Of a stretch of 55,066 nucleotides of DNA, positions 12,935 through 24,101 are shown one piece after another. The DNA comes from Neolecta irregularis DAH-3. Its lineage: Eukaryota. Under the pieces are notes generated by a model that saw only the letters and a program-made list of their open reading frames with translations, ran no database searches and was not told where the DNA came from. The first letter of the stretch is position 1, and every line of letters begins with the position of its first letter. The translations under genes and the position numbers were made by a program. The stretch lies in NCBI GenBank assembly GCA_001929475.1, contig LXFE01000122.1, positions 1 through 55,066 of the forward strand. Direction: 5' to 3'.

Positions 12935-13661
12935 TCACGGCCAATAGAACCACTCCTTTTGGTTAAAAGAAATCGCGAAAATACACCAAAGCCTACCCAT
13001 TTCGTGACCTTTTGTCGACATATCGGGCAGTTTCCAGAATTTTGAGTGTGACAACCTATCATCTGAATTCCAGCGCAACTCTACGATTAAACTGAGTGTT
13101 GGAAAGATGTGATTTACGATACAAGAGCAGCAATGGCGGCAAGGGAAAAACACAACGTTTACCATGTTTTCCAAGCAAATTTTACAGCTTTGTGTGATTG
13201 TCGTATCATCCAATGAGTAAATAGGAGGCATCAATTGAGCCTCACGCGATCGCGGACAAGTCTGTGGTGAAGAATCGCTTCCGTTGAACAAAACAAGAGC
13301 ATTGTTTTCATCCACCGCAGGAATGTGGATCGAGATATCTTGGGTTGAGACTGTTTGGAAAAAAGAAGGAGAGGCTCCTCTAGTAGTCGGACCGACGTGT
13401 AATTCCTCCGTTGAAGACTCTACAGACTGTGGGCATATAATCCTGGAGTATATGCATACGTCGACAAGCGTCACAATATTCTCCCCATGTTTCGAGATCG
13501 GGTCTTTCAATAAAAAACGCAGGATTGCGAAGGCTGTTGTCTGAACATCGACAACATTTCCCCTGGATATCTCGTTTCTCGCAAAGTACACGACCGGCTT
13601 GAGCGCTGCAACAACGATAAAGCGTCAAGGCAGTGCTCGTTGAGGATCTTGACACAGACAT
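12935..13661 (-). CDS. C3HC4 RING-finger protein with Cys-rich N-terminus
   Basis: CKICLENMVNVVFFPCRHCCSC..C...CPICRQKV. Three GT-AG introns join a Cys-rich first exon to the RING frame. Confidence 0.7.
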
Positions 13662-13863
13662 GATTCTGTAAAGAATCACTGATTAATTGATTGCCAGACG
13701 CCTAGTTGGAGTCGATTATAGATCGAGGTCGTTGGTTGCAGTTAAAATAGGGATGAAGTCGAGAAATCGTCTTATCGGGCACTATCAACATGAATTTTGC
13801 TTATATATGAATTTAGCCGGGTTGACCCCAAAGAGATGTCCAAGCGGTCTTTGATATTACTTT

Positions 13864-15171
13864 TCATCGTACTTTCCACCTCTTTCCTCCAGTAATCATC
13901 AAGGGGCTGTGATGGTTGCGCGATATGAATGATGTAGGCTTTGAATCACCAGCGTGATAGTAAGATATACCCTAGAGATCAGAAAGATTGAGCAGACGCT
14001 TTAACCATGGATCCAGTGGTGTGGCTGAATTCAAATTGAATTGCAGCGTCTTTTTCTTGCTCATCTAAATGAATTATAACAAGACCGACTGAAAGCTTCT
14101 CCGAGCGACTCTCTGCGAATGCTATCATTTAGAAAAGCGTGAAAAGCGTGAAAAGCGTGATACCTTCGAGTTCTTTAAAAGTCTTGGCAAGTCCTCCAAT
14201 TTCATCATCAAAAGTGAGATTCTGAATGGTTCGGCTAGCTAGCAGAGAATTCATGATTTGTTCGCCCATTCCTTGTCATCAAGCCCCAAAGCATGTTTTG
14301 GGAGAACCTGTCGACAGGACAGTTGTATTACTAGCCATCCATAATCCAATTCCGGCAAGGGCAGCCGGGCCAACTCGACCATTCTGTTTAAGAGCAATTC
14401 CTCCAGATGAGCTTGCACATGCGATTTTTCCCGAGGAATCAAAACATATGGCGCCAACGGTATCGTCGACGATATCGCGGGGATGATTTGGTTCTTTAAA
14501 GCAGCTGCCGTCATCATCGAGTAACGAACGCCAATAAGCATAATCGATTCGAGCACGTTCAGAAACCATCGAATCCAAATCAACTACCTGCACGCCATGC
14601 GCTTTACACCATTCAGAAGCACCTGAACCGACCAGCAAACTAAAAAGAATATCAGACCAAGTATTAAATAAAAATAACCTAGGTTGAATTCGTCCTCGGG
14701 GTAACTTGACCAAACCTTCTTCCCACAATTTACAAGCGCCCGAGATTGGATTATAAACTCCTTGTCGTGAGTTTTTGATAGCTGCTAAGAACGACCGTTG
14801 ACAGCACCTAACGCGGCGCAACGGCCTTGATACATAACAGCCGCATCGCATTCCACCGAGCCTGTTACCGTGAGATTTGATCCAAAGCCAGCATTAGTAA
14901 GCGCCGAGTCCTCTAGAATTTTCACCGCCATTTCAACAGCTTTAAAAGACGAAGATCCAGAGAGGAGAAGATCCATTGCTCTAATACATGATCTCGAATA
15001 AGAACATAGATTTTTTAATGATGTTACTCGTTGCATAAAGCTTTATATTGATTCTCGAGTTTCCTTGAATGATTTCCAGCGCCAATATGAACTTGAATTA
15101 ATTTTTTCAACGTTTAAATCGCGAGTACCGACGACAAAAGGTTTATATGGTCCAATTATTTTGTCGGTCAT
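13864..15171 (-). CDS. Threonine aspartase (taspase-1)/asparaginase-2 family Ntn hydrolase
   Basis: [37 protein letters not shown]...GRVGPAA, STGMGEQI. Seven introns. Confidence 0.88.
14132..14160. repeat. Perfect 9-bp tandem repeat (GAAAAGCGT x3) inside an intron
   Basis: gaaaagcgt three times, filling most of a minus-strand intron of the taspase-like gene. Confidence 0.9.
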
Positions 15172-15277
15172 AGAGTTTGGACTATTTTCTTGGGGGATGC
15201 GTCACATGTGGGCAGGGGAGGTGTTTCCTTGGATCAAGTTGCCCACCAAGACGATACCTACAGCGAAATAATATAAA

Positions 15278-16782
15278 ATGAAGCAACTTCCCCCGATTAT
15301 CATGGACAAGTATCAAATTATTATTCGGTTGAAGTGCTGATATTTAGTGGAACCGGATTCACCAAGCTTGGGTATATCAGGTGCATAATTGGCTACTGAA
15401 TCCAGTTTTGCTGGTAACGATTCCCCATCCTTTGTTATTCCAACTGCAATTGCAACTCGGCAAGCTCCAGGGACAGCAGGCTCAGCATCTCGAACAATGG
15501 TGCCATCTAAACCGTCATCCCTATCCAGTGGTGGATTTTTGTCCTCGAAAAGAGGAACCGAAGACCTTGATTTTTTTATTGGCGATGAGGCAATTTCGCA
15601 GTCTAATAGCTCTGGATACGGATTAAGTTATCCGATTAGACACGGTCAGGTTGAAAATTGGGATCATATGGAACGGTTTTGGGAACAAAGTATCTTCAAA
15701 TATTTACGATGCGAACCAGAAGATCATCATTTCCTCTTGGAAAGTTTGGGTCTTGAAGCTTTTGGCTTATATGTAGACTGAACCTCCTTTGAATCCGCCT
15801 GAAAACAGGGAAAACACCGCGGAGATTATGTTTGAGTCGTTCAATTGTAAAGGACTATATATTGCCGTTCAGGCTGTTCTTGCGCTAGCCGCATCATGGA
15901 CATCGTCTAAAGTCCAAGACAGGTCTCTTACAGGAACAGTTATTGATTCCGGGGACGGAGTCACTCATGTAATACCTGTTGTACGTTGTGTTTGAGAGTT
16001 GCTGTTTTAATTCGATAGGCTGATGGTTACGTTATTGGATCTTCAATCAAGCATATCCCGATTGCGGGTCTTGATATCACACGATTTGTACAGTCTCTTC
16101 TTCGAGATCGGAATGAACCAGATTCGAGTCTTCGCACAGCAGAAAAGATTAAACAAGACTATTCGTACGTATGTCCGGATATTGTCAAGGAATTTGCAAG
16201 GTACGATCGCGATCCGGAACGGTTTCTTCAACATACCGTTGAAACTCCGTCTGGGAAGACAGTTGTGGTTGATGTTGGATTTGAGAGGTTTTTGGGACCC
16301 GAGATATTTTTCAATCCCGAGATTGCGAGTAGTGATTTTCCAACACCGCTGCCGGAGGTTGTGGACAGTGTTATTCAGAGTTCGCCGATTGATGTTCGCA
16401 GAGGGCTGTACAAGGTTTGTGGGACATGAGCGGCGGGCTGATTGCAGAACATTGTATTATCTGGCGGATCGACGCTGTTTGAAAACTTTGCGAAACGGCT
16501 GCACCGGGACATTAAACACATCGTGGAGGCGCGGATCCGCAAGAGCGAGGAGCTGTCTGGAGCCAAGAGCGGCGGCCTGGATGTGCAGGTGGTGAGTCAC
16601 AAGAAACAGCGAAACGCAGTGTGGTTTGGGGGCAGTTTATTGGCTCAGACGGTAACGAACGGGGATTTCAGGCTGCTAACGCGCAGCCCGAGTTTTTCTC
16701 GTACTGCCACACCAAGGCCGACTATGAAGAGTATGGGCCGTCTATTGCACGGCGTTACAATGTGTTTCAGAGTGCAGTGTAG
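15278..16782 (+). CDS. ARP3: Actin-related protein 3
   Basis: [81 protein letters not shown]. Six introns, including 15740-15776 (GA-AG). Confidence 0.97.
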
Positions 16783-16799
16783 GTAGAGGATTACATTGT

Positions 16800-16878
16800 T
16801 GTTGAGATCTGTCTATTGCTGCCAGCGCGGATAGCTGTTGAGATCTGTCTATTGCTGTTCCAGCACGGATATCTGTTG
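16800..16878. repeat. Degenerate ~36-bp tandem duplication across the ORC6 stop codon
   Basis: tgttgagatctgtctattgctg at 16800 and 16836, each followed by ccagc(g/a)cggata(g/t)ctgttg. Confidence 0.85.
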
Positions 16879-17688
16879 GAGGATGTCTGCCTTCCATGTG
16901 CCGTATGCCTCCATGCGCCGTGCACTCAGATAGTCCACCTGTGTCTGGCGGTTAGAGCAGAAATGCCAAAACATGCAAGTGCGCCTGTTGCTGCAGACAT
17001 CTTGTCTTTGCGCAAAACCCGCGGTGTGGACTCGCTGCACTGTGCCGAATGACCCATCTCCATCTCGCTGTACCACGCCGAATGTTCGATCTCGTCGCGC
17101 AACAACGCAATCCAGCGGTCCAGCGCAGCTTTGTCAAACGCGGCATCGCCAATCGCCGCAAACAGTTCGCCGCGCAGCGCCCTGCTGTTGACGCTGTGTT
17201 TTCCCGTCTTGGCAAACACAAAAAGCGCAGCAGTATACAACAATCCCGGGTACGAATCGGCGCGCGGATGCAGTTTTCGCAGAAACTCAACAGCGCGCAC
17301 CAGGTGGGCGGCAGCTTGTGCGCGCCCAGCCCGCGTACACAGCGCCGCTGCGTCTTTTTGCAGGCGGCGGCCAGCAGAGACAGGAACAAGCGTCTCGCAA
17401 AAGGCAGCCGCAAGTCGGGTTCGCTTCTTTGGCGGCAGCGGCACCCGCAACACCTCGCTTCCCACTCCCGCACTGCGTTTCAGCAGTGGCCAGTACTCGC
17501 CAATACGCCCGGCACGCAGCAATTGCACACAGATGGGCCCGCGCAGGCTCAGCGCCCGCCGGCAGCGGCAAAACAGACCGCGACCGCGCAACAAACGATT
17601 CCGTCTGGCGTACAAGCTCGTCGTTGCTATCGCCAGAATCCTTCAGCACGTCTACCAGCGCACTCGCGGCCACACTGTGCTGCGACAT
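16849..17688 (-). CDS. ORC6: Origin recognition complex subunit 6
   Basis: EPARAHLCAIAAC, PLPPKK, C-terminal VDYLSARRMEAYGTWKADIL. One 34-nt GT-AG intron and one GC-AG intron starting at 16976. Confidence 0.75.
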
Positions 17689-17787
17689 GCGTAGATACCA
17701 GCAGAATAATATTGGGCTCTTTCTGGTGGTGGTGGTGCTGTAAAAAATCCCAGATCAGCCTGCCTCTGCCTCGCCGCTTTTCATTCA

Positions 17788-18159
17788 ATGTCTGGCGCCG
17801 TACTACTTTGTTCTTCCATTCTCTACTGACCCTCCAGTTCCAGCCCGTCAATCCAAAGCCCTTTTTACAGGGTCTAGTAGGCAAAGACATCCTCGTCAAG
17901 CTCAAGTGGGGTGTGTGCTGAGATTTGATGTCCCGCTAATTTATACAAAGGCCAGGAATACCAGGGCGAACTCGTATCCGTTGACTCCTACATGAACATC
18001 CAGCTCATCGGCACAAAGGAGTTTGTTGATGGAAAACACGCTGGAGACCTTGGCGAAGTCCTCATCAGGTCGCAGTTTCTATTTTCTGCTCTTACTCGTA
18101 GATGCAACAATGTCCTCTGGGTCAGCGCATCATCAGATGACGTGGAAATGAAGGACTAG
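17788..18159 (+). CDS. SMX3: Small nuclear ribonucleoprotein Sm F
   Basis: [43 protein letters not shown]...LGEVLIRCNNVLW across four exons. Confidence 0.95.
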
Positions 18160-18203
18160 AAGAAAGAAAACCACAACTTGTACATCTATCCGCTCCTCGT
18201 TTC

Positions 18204-18858
18204 TCATGCCCTTTTGATTTCCCACTTCATTTCAGTGATTGCAACTTCCTCTCCCGTCTGTCTTGTCAGCTGAGAATTCATACACCCTCACCTTTTCGTC
18301 ATAGTCATACCAATCTTCATACAGCTCAATGTTCTCAAACTTGGTCCCATGGTTTCCTTCTGCTACCCACAAACCCTACCACCCATAAAGTCATATTTAA
18401 GCAAAACACAAACCTCTGGCTTGAAATTGTTGATCTCGAACCCTCGACATTCAATCACAATCAACGTTTGTGGTTTCGACCCAAGTTCCTGCTTACAAGG
18501 CTCTACCTCGCCAACAATATCTACATTTAAGCAGAATCACATCCATGAATCAAACTCGCAGAACTTTGCCTCTACTATAAGTAAATGTCTCTCGATATAA
18601 ATACCTTGCAGTTCTTACATTTCCAAAAGAAATTGACTTGCGATCCTACTAAATCGTGCGAATCCTCAAATTTAGATTTTGTTCCATTGAGATTCAAACT
18701 TGCGCTGAAATATCTACTCTCTTGTCGTGAATTTCTCGGCAACTCCCGCATTGGATCTGGAAATTCCATCTATATTTCCCATATTCTTCATTTTCGTTTG
18801 GTCTCAGGTTTGTTACGCCGTTTAAATTCGCAGCTAGATTGACGGATAATCTGACCAT
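18204..18858 (-). CDS. CXXC zinc-binding protein, DUF866/UPF0587 (C1orf123-like)
   Basis: VTNLRP, IQCGSCREIH, NFFWKCKNCKR, IECRGFE, WYDYDEK. Five introns; 16-nt microexon at 18556-18571. Confidence 0.88.
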
Positions 18859-18939
18859 TTTATTGTAGACGATTTCCAAATTTTGGTTTTGCGCTTTCTC
18901 CACACCACCAATTCCGTCGATGCACAACTATCCGTAGTA

Positions 18940-19269
18940 ATGACTTCCTCGTTTACCTCCCCCCGAGGAAACTCCCAAGATAGCTTTCCATTCAATCATC
19001 TCCTTTACGAAAACAATGATATTGGCGAATTTTCGGGAGCACGTAGATCCAGTCGCTTCAGCTTCAACTTGGATAATATATCCTTCAACCACGGCTTTGA
19101 ACCCTTTTCCAAAGGAGAAAAGGTATAAAATAATCATTTTTCTTATTATTTCTAGACTAATACTTCCTAGTTTATGTTTATCATATCTTTTATTGCGCTC
19201 ATAATCGTTCTTGCTGGTGCCTTTGGAATTCTTGGCAGAGAAAATAATTTAGGGTCAGGAAACCCTTAA
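18940..19269 (+). CDS. Orphan ~93-aa single-pass membrane protein
   Basis: ATG at 18940. A GT-AG intron at 19123-19170 (branch GACTAAT) removes a stop and joins FMFIISFIALIIVLAGAFGILG-RENNLGSGNP*. Confidence 0.6.
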
Positions 19270-19621
19270 GGCAGGTGTTTTGGGATTTCAACAGAGATAA
19301 TAATTGAATAATTTCAATAATTTCAATCATATCGTGTATTCAGATTCGATTGCTGCCTAAACTTTTCATAGTAACTTTGCAAACAGCCAATCATAAAGAT
19401 ATTTCTAGTGATTTGTGTAGACGAGACGTGAAACTTGAGAATAAATGTCTAGAGGGGACCTGTCCGAACTTGTACATTGAAACCAACGAGCAGTAGAACC
19501 CAAAAATGTCGTTGTAAATGCTTGCAACTGTAAACTATTTTGTACAGCCAACACTATTTACCAAACTAGATCGTACAGAATCCGTCGGGTCAAGCAAAGA
19601 TCAGCACAACCAGTTATTTAA

Positions 19622-21061
19622 ATGATGTCGGCGATGCCAATTTGTCGGATGGCTACGGTCCCCTTGAACATACAAACACATTGCTACTATCAATATCGGG
19701 AATTTTCCGTACATTCCAAAGTTAAATCCGGAAACTCGCAAAATCAACAGAGTCCTTTATCAAATTTATCTCAAACTCCAATAATGTCAAACCATCGTGA
19801 TCCACCGGGCTCGTCAAATACAATTTCGTTTTCTCAAGCTGCCGCATTTTATCAAGCGCAAAAAAGGGAGGATTTTATGCAATTACCAAAACATATAAAA
19901 TCAAGTATTCAAAAGCAGCGAAAGGCAGATATCAAAGAAGATGCCCTAAAGCAGCAACTCTTAGAGAATGATCGAAATGTTGCTGAAGTCTGTGAGAAAA
20001 CTAAAACGATAACTGAACATCTCGGAGTCAATTTACTGGATTTCCAAAGTGGTCTTGATTTAAATCAGAGAACTCTTCAATTTGTCCGTGCAGAGTTAGC
20101 TTCACTTCAATCTTCCGAGAAGCGAGAACCAATTCGTCAGAAATTGGTGAACGAAATTGAAGAGTTGAAGAGAGGCCTTCAACGGCATGTGAATACACCG
20201 ATCCCACTCGATATTTCACTCACTTGCAAAAATTTCAGGCCTAGAAAATATATCGTCTACGGTAATTCACAACCACTGGATTCAAAGCTGCTGAATATAC
20301 TTCGTCTGCCGGGACCTAATGTTCTCACGGATCTCGCTCATTTGTTATTTACAACACCACATCAGCCTACCTCAAAATCGTTCAATATCATGATCCGTCG
20401 CCTGACGATATTACGATTAAATTCTGCTGCATGGCTTGTCTTTCATGCTATGCTTTTGATAGGACTAAAACCAGATCCATATACAATTTCCTCTCTTCTT
20501 CGTCTTACGGCAGTTACCAATGATTACCTTGGGTTTCGTGAAATTGTGCGTCTAATGCGAGTCCCCGGGATGAAACAACCTCGAAATATGGTTGTCTACG
20601 GAGCACTCATTGACGGATGTGTCAAATTCGGTAAACTGAGATATGCGGCAATGTATGTTCGAGCATTAAAACATGACAGATTAATAGCCGACCTTGAAAT
20701 AAACACGTCTGTTTTACAACTGTGTACAAGAAAAAAACTTTGGGAACCGGGTTTCAAAATTTGGCAAGAAATGCAATGTGCACATATCGACGAAAGAGGA
20801 TTTCATGCCATGTACAGATTATGCAGATCATGTCGAAAGTTTCCAGAAAGTCAAACGATTGTTTTGCAAGCTCGAGAACAAGGATTTTTCAAAGACCGTA
20901 TTGGTGATTTAAGAGACAAAACAAAAGGATTACCTGTTCATTCAAATAACAAAACTCCTTGCTATGAAGATTTGGCAATAAATAAAATGCCAAGGGTAAA
21001 AGATGGATCAGACAATCCGCTTTATAGAAGTGCATTACAAAAGATTTGGCGGCATATATAA
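19622..21061 (+). CDS. Pentatricopeptide-repeat protein, probably mitochondrial
   Basis: PPR-like motifs PTSKSFNIMIRRL, PDPYTISSLL, NMVVYGALIDGCVKFGKL. Intronless 479-aa ORF. Confidence 0.8.
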   Translation: MMSAMPICRMATVPLNIQTHCYYQYREFSVHSKVKSGNSQNQQSPLSNLSQTPIMSNHRDPPGSSNTISFSQAAAFYQAQKREDFMQLPKHIKSSIQKQRKADIKEDALKQQLLENDRNVAEVCEKTKTITEHLGVNLLDFQSGLDLNQRTLQFVRAELASLQSSEKREPIRQKLVNEIEELKRGLQRHVNTPIPLDISLTCKNFRPRKYIVYGNSQPLDSKLLNILRLPGPNVLTDLAHLLFTTPHQPTSKSFNIMIRRLTILRLNSAAWLVFHAMLLIGLKPDPYTISSLLRLTAVTNDYLGFREIVRLMRVPGMKQPRNMVVYGALIDGCVKFGKLRYAAMYVRALKHDRLIADLEINTSVLQLCTRKKLWEPGFKIWQEMQCAHIDERGFHAMYRLCRSCRKFPESQTIVLQAREQGFFKDRIGDLRDKTKGLPVHSNNKTPCYEDLAINKMPRVKDGSDNPLYRSALQKIWRHI

Positions 21062-21114
21062 TAACTGTAAATAGAAGAGCTTCTTGATATAAATTATTCT
21101 CAACGATTTCATTA

Positions 21115-22631
21115 CTAAACACACAATCCCAAAACTTTAAACAAGATTGGAATTTGATCATTTACCAGCCAACCTATTCCAGAATATACAATTATTTTTG
21201 TAATTACTTCAACGTCGTAGCGTACTCGAGGTTCTTCGATAGCTTGATATTTCGCATCCGAGATAAATCTATTCTTGTTGCCTAGTATTTTCTGTTGCTC
21301 GTGGTATTCTATAGCTTCATATACATCGGCCCTAGATTGCGGACCAGTACTCTCTGAATGACTGCGATTGATTCGATTAATGAGACCTGGGATTTCTTCG
21401 AGATTTAGCAAGCTCTCATCCGGAAGTTTATCGGGTACACGGATATATGTGCTTGCTTTGATATAGTGCTTTCGAGGAATAGAAAGACCCAACAGCTCAA
21501 AGAATCGAAATACTGGGGGTAAAAGGGTAAAAAGAAGCGGTTTCATCAAAACTCGCCAGGATATAATCGTAGTTATTCCTAACATCAACATTGATTTCAG
21601 AGATATGGTACCAAGTGCAATTCGAGCAATAGATATAAATATGCCAGTTTTCCCGAAATTGTAGGTAATTGAACCGATAGGATATCCAACGTATGACATT
21701 GCAAATCTCCAATGTCCCAAATGAGTGCCCATGATAACACTTGCAAAGGCAACGCCATCATCAAAGCAGGGACATGGATCGACAGGTTCGGGATGTAGAC
21801 GGATGAGAAGGAGAGTTGTAGGTACTAGAACGAGCGGTACCATTATCGACTGCGAAATGACGACGCTTTCGATATCGGATTTGAAGGTCCATCGGAGATA
21901 ACACACCAGGGCTCCGATCGCGCTCCCTGCAAAAATATCCAATGGCTTAGCAATATCTTCAAAATGAAGATCTTACCCAAAAAACCATGTAAACCACAGT
22001 AAATTCTTCCAGCAAGGATACTAGTCAGATAGATTAATGCCAAGACTCCAAGAATACTCTTTGAGAGCATTTGTAATTCAGAAGCGTGAAGAAACGCGAT
22101 CGAGTAAAGTGCAACGGCCACGGCATTCGCAGAGTGAGTCGATGGAAACCCGTATTCAAGACACACATTACGCGACATTGAAATACGATGTAAAGGCGGA
22201 GACAACGGTCGAGGAAGACAAAGAAGGTCTTTCAGCACACCTGTAAAAAACAAACCTACACCGAGAACCTGGTCATGAGCTCATATTCCAAAGCACGAGA
22301 TATACATCAACAAGTCCTTGTCCAAAATGTTGTCCTCCGAGCCAAAACCATAAAGGTAACATGAACATGAAAAACGTGTGCGTGCCCAGGTTTGCAGTCC
22401 AAGCGAAATATGCATCCCAGAAAGGTCTCCTGACATTTTTCTCTCAATTAGTATTCAAAATCTGGATGGATATTATACTTGTAGTGCTGCGAGATAAGAG
22501 GACTCTTTTCGAATCAGGGAAAGAAGGAACTGACGCGGGATATAACGCCAAGCAGGCAAATGATCTTTGTAGTGATCCATCGGTCGAAGACCTGCGTCTG
22601 GACGATATACCGTTGAATCCGCTAATAGCAT
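21115..22631 (-). CDS. LCB3: Long-chain-base (sphingoid) phosphate phosphatase, PAP2 family, LCB3/YSR3-like
   Basis: ANLGTHTFF, KDLLCLPRP, EYGFPSTHS, GRIYCGLHGFL-D, HPEPVDPCPCFDD, RYDVEVITKIIVYSGI. Four introns. Confidence 0.9.
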
Positions 22632-22836
22632 GAGATCATTAAGGTGACTTGAAGGCAGATGCAAATATTAATGGGTTTGAAACCTTCAAAGGGTCAAACA
22701 CAGTTCTCTCGCAACACAATACACAAATCTACTTGATATCAACTTTCTTAAATAACTGTGTTCTCAAATGTATCACCCAGATTTGTCGTTGTATGGCGTC
22801 GCTACCTCGGAATGGGACTGGACCTCCTGAACCACA

Positions 22837-23606
22837 ATGGGCATCGAGAGAACGAACGGACTACACCCAAATCCTGGTTTGCTTAATCCGAAAATCGGTC
22901 ATCTAACGTATCAGACTATAAGAAAAAGCTCGTTGTTGTGGGAGATGGAGGATGTGGAAAGACTTGTCTGTTGATTGTCTTTAGCGAAGGCAGATTCCCA
23001 GAGGTTCAATGTTCTCAAATCAACCCCGCATCTAATTAAAGAAATATGTTCCTACGGTCTTTGAGAATTACATCACCAATAGTTATCACAACTCCAAAAT
23101 TGTCGAATTGGCATTATGGGATACTGCCGGCCAAGAAGAATATGACCGACTACGCCCGCTTAGTTATACCGATAGTGATGTAATCCTTGTCTGCTTTGCA
23201 ATCGATGCCCCCTCGAGTTTAGAAAATGTCATGGATAAGGTACACCTATGCTATATTTTGATCCCGCCATGACATGACAGTGGTATCCTGAAGTCACTCA
23301 TTTCTGTCCAGAATCTCCGCTATTACTAGTGGGACTGAAATCAGATCTCCGGAAAAACAAGAATGCAATCGCTCTTTTGAAGACACAGGGATTGACTCCC
23401 GTATCATACCAACAGGTTGATATACGGTCAAGGAAAAACTAAATTTGCAGGCTACTGACGTCGCGAAGAAAATAAATGCAGAATATATTGAATGTTCATC
23501 TAAAGAACAAGACGGAGTGAACGAAGTTTTTGCCCTTGCAATTCAACGCGCGATTGGCAATGGAACTCTGCAGCGGTTAAGGAAACGAGTTTGCAAAGTG
23601 TTGTAA
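22837..23606 (+). CDS. rho4: Rho-family GTPase, Rho4-like
   Basis: [44 protein letters not shown]-terminal CAAX CKVL. Four introns. Confidence 0.85.
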
Positions 23607-23742
23607 CGACATTGTTTTGATTTGCTTGGGTGTTCAATGGGCGTATTTTCTTTAATCCGGTTGTTCAGACTCCTCAAGATACTGAAGAGAGACCTTACAT
23701 TAATATAATATGTACAACGTGAAGAGAGGAACAGCCAAAGGT

Positions 23743-24061
23743 TCAATCTTGCAGTGATTCTTGTTTATCCTCTTGAGGAATATCACGCGATAATACATCT
23801 TGAAAGGTTTTCCAAAGCTGTGCTACGCTTTCAAACTCTCGACCAATCTAAGATCAGAATCTGCAGAACGAAATGAGGTATTACGCTCGTGATACTCTCA
23901 AAGTTGCGATTCAATGTGTTCATATTAGTTATAATCTGCTCGAGATTCTACAAGTAAGCTGTCGACACAAGAAATCAAATCACTAGAGATATTTGGCCGA
24001 TAAGCTGATCTCTCTTCTCCTCAAACTGGTTCGATCGCTTTTTGTTCTCCGACGTGGACAT
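23743..24061 (-). CDS. DAD1: DASH complex subunit Dad1
   Basis: FEEKRDQLIGQISL-NLEQIITNMNTLNRNFESITS-IGREFESVAQLWKTF. Two introns. Confidence 0.88.
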
Positions 24062-24101
24062 TGTTCTGGTGTTGTCATGGTCACGAGTGTTCAAGAACCA
24101 A
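24062..24101. promoter_or_regulatory. 40-bp gap between divergent DAD1 and CYP10 start codons containing GGTCACGAG
   Basis: CAT at 24059-24061 and ATG at 24102. The same 9-mer occurs in reverse at 11312-11320 between ZPR1 and ALG2. Confidence 0.55.

Noticed and set aside
16926-17921. Several long overlapping ORFs on both strands
   Set aside because: Expected from stop-codon scarcity in the GC-rich island; spliced ORC6 and SmF explain the region.
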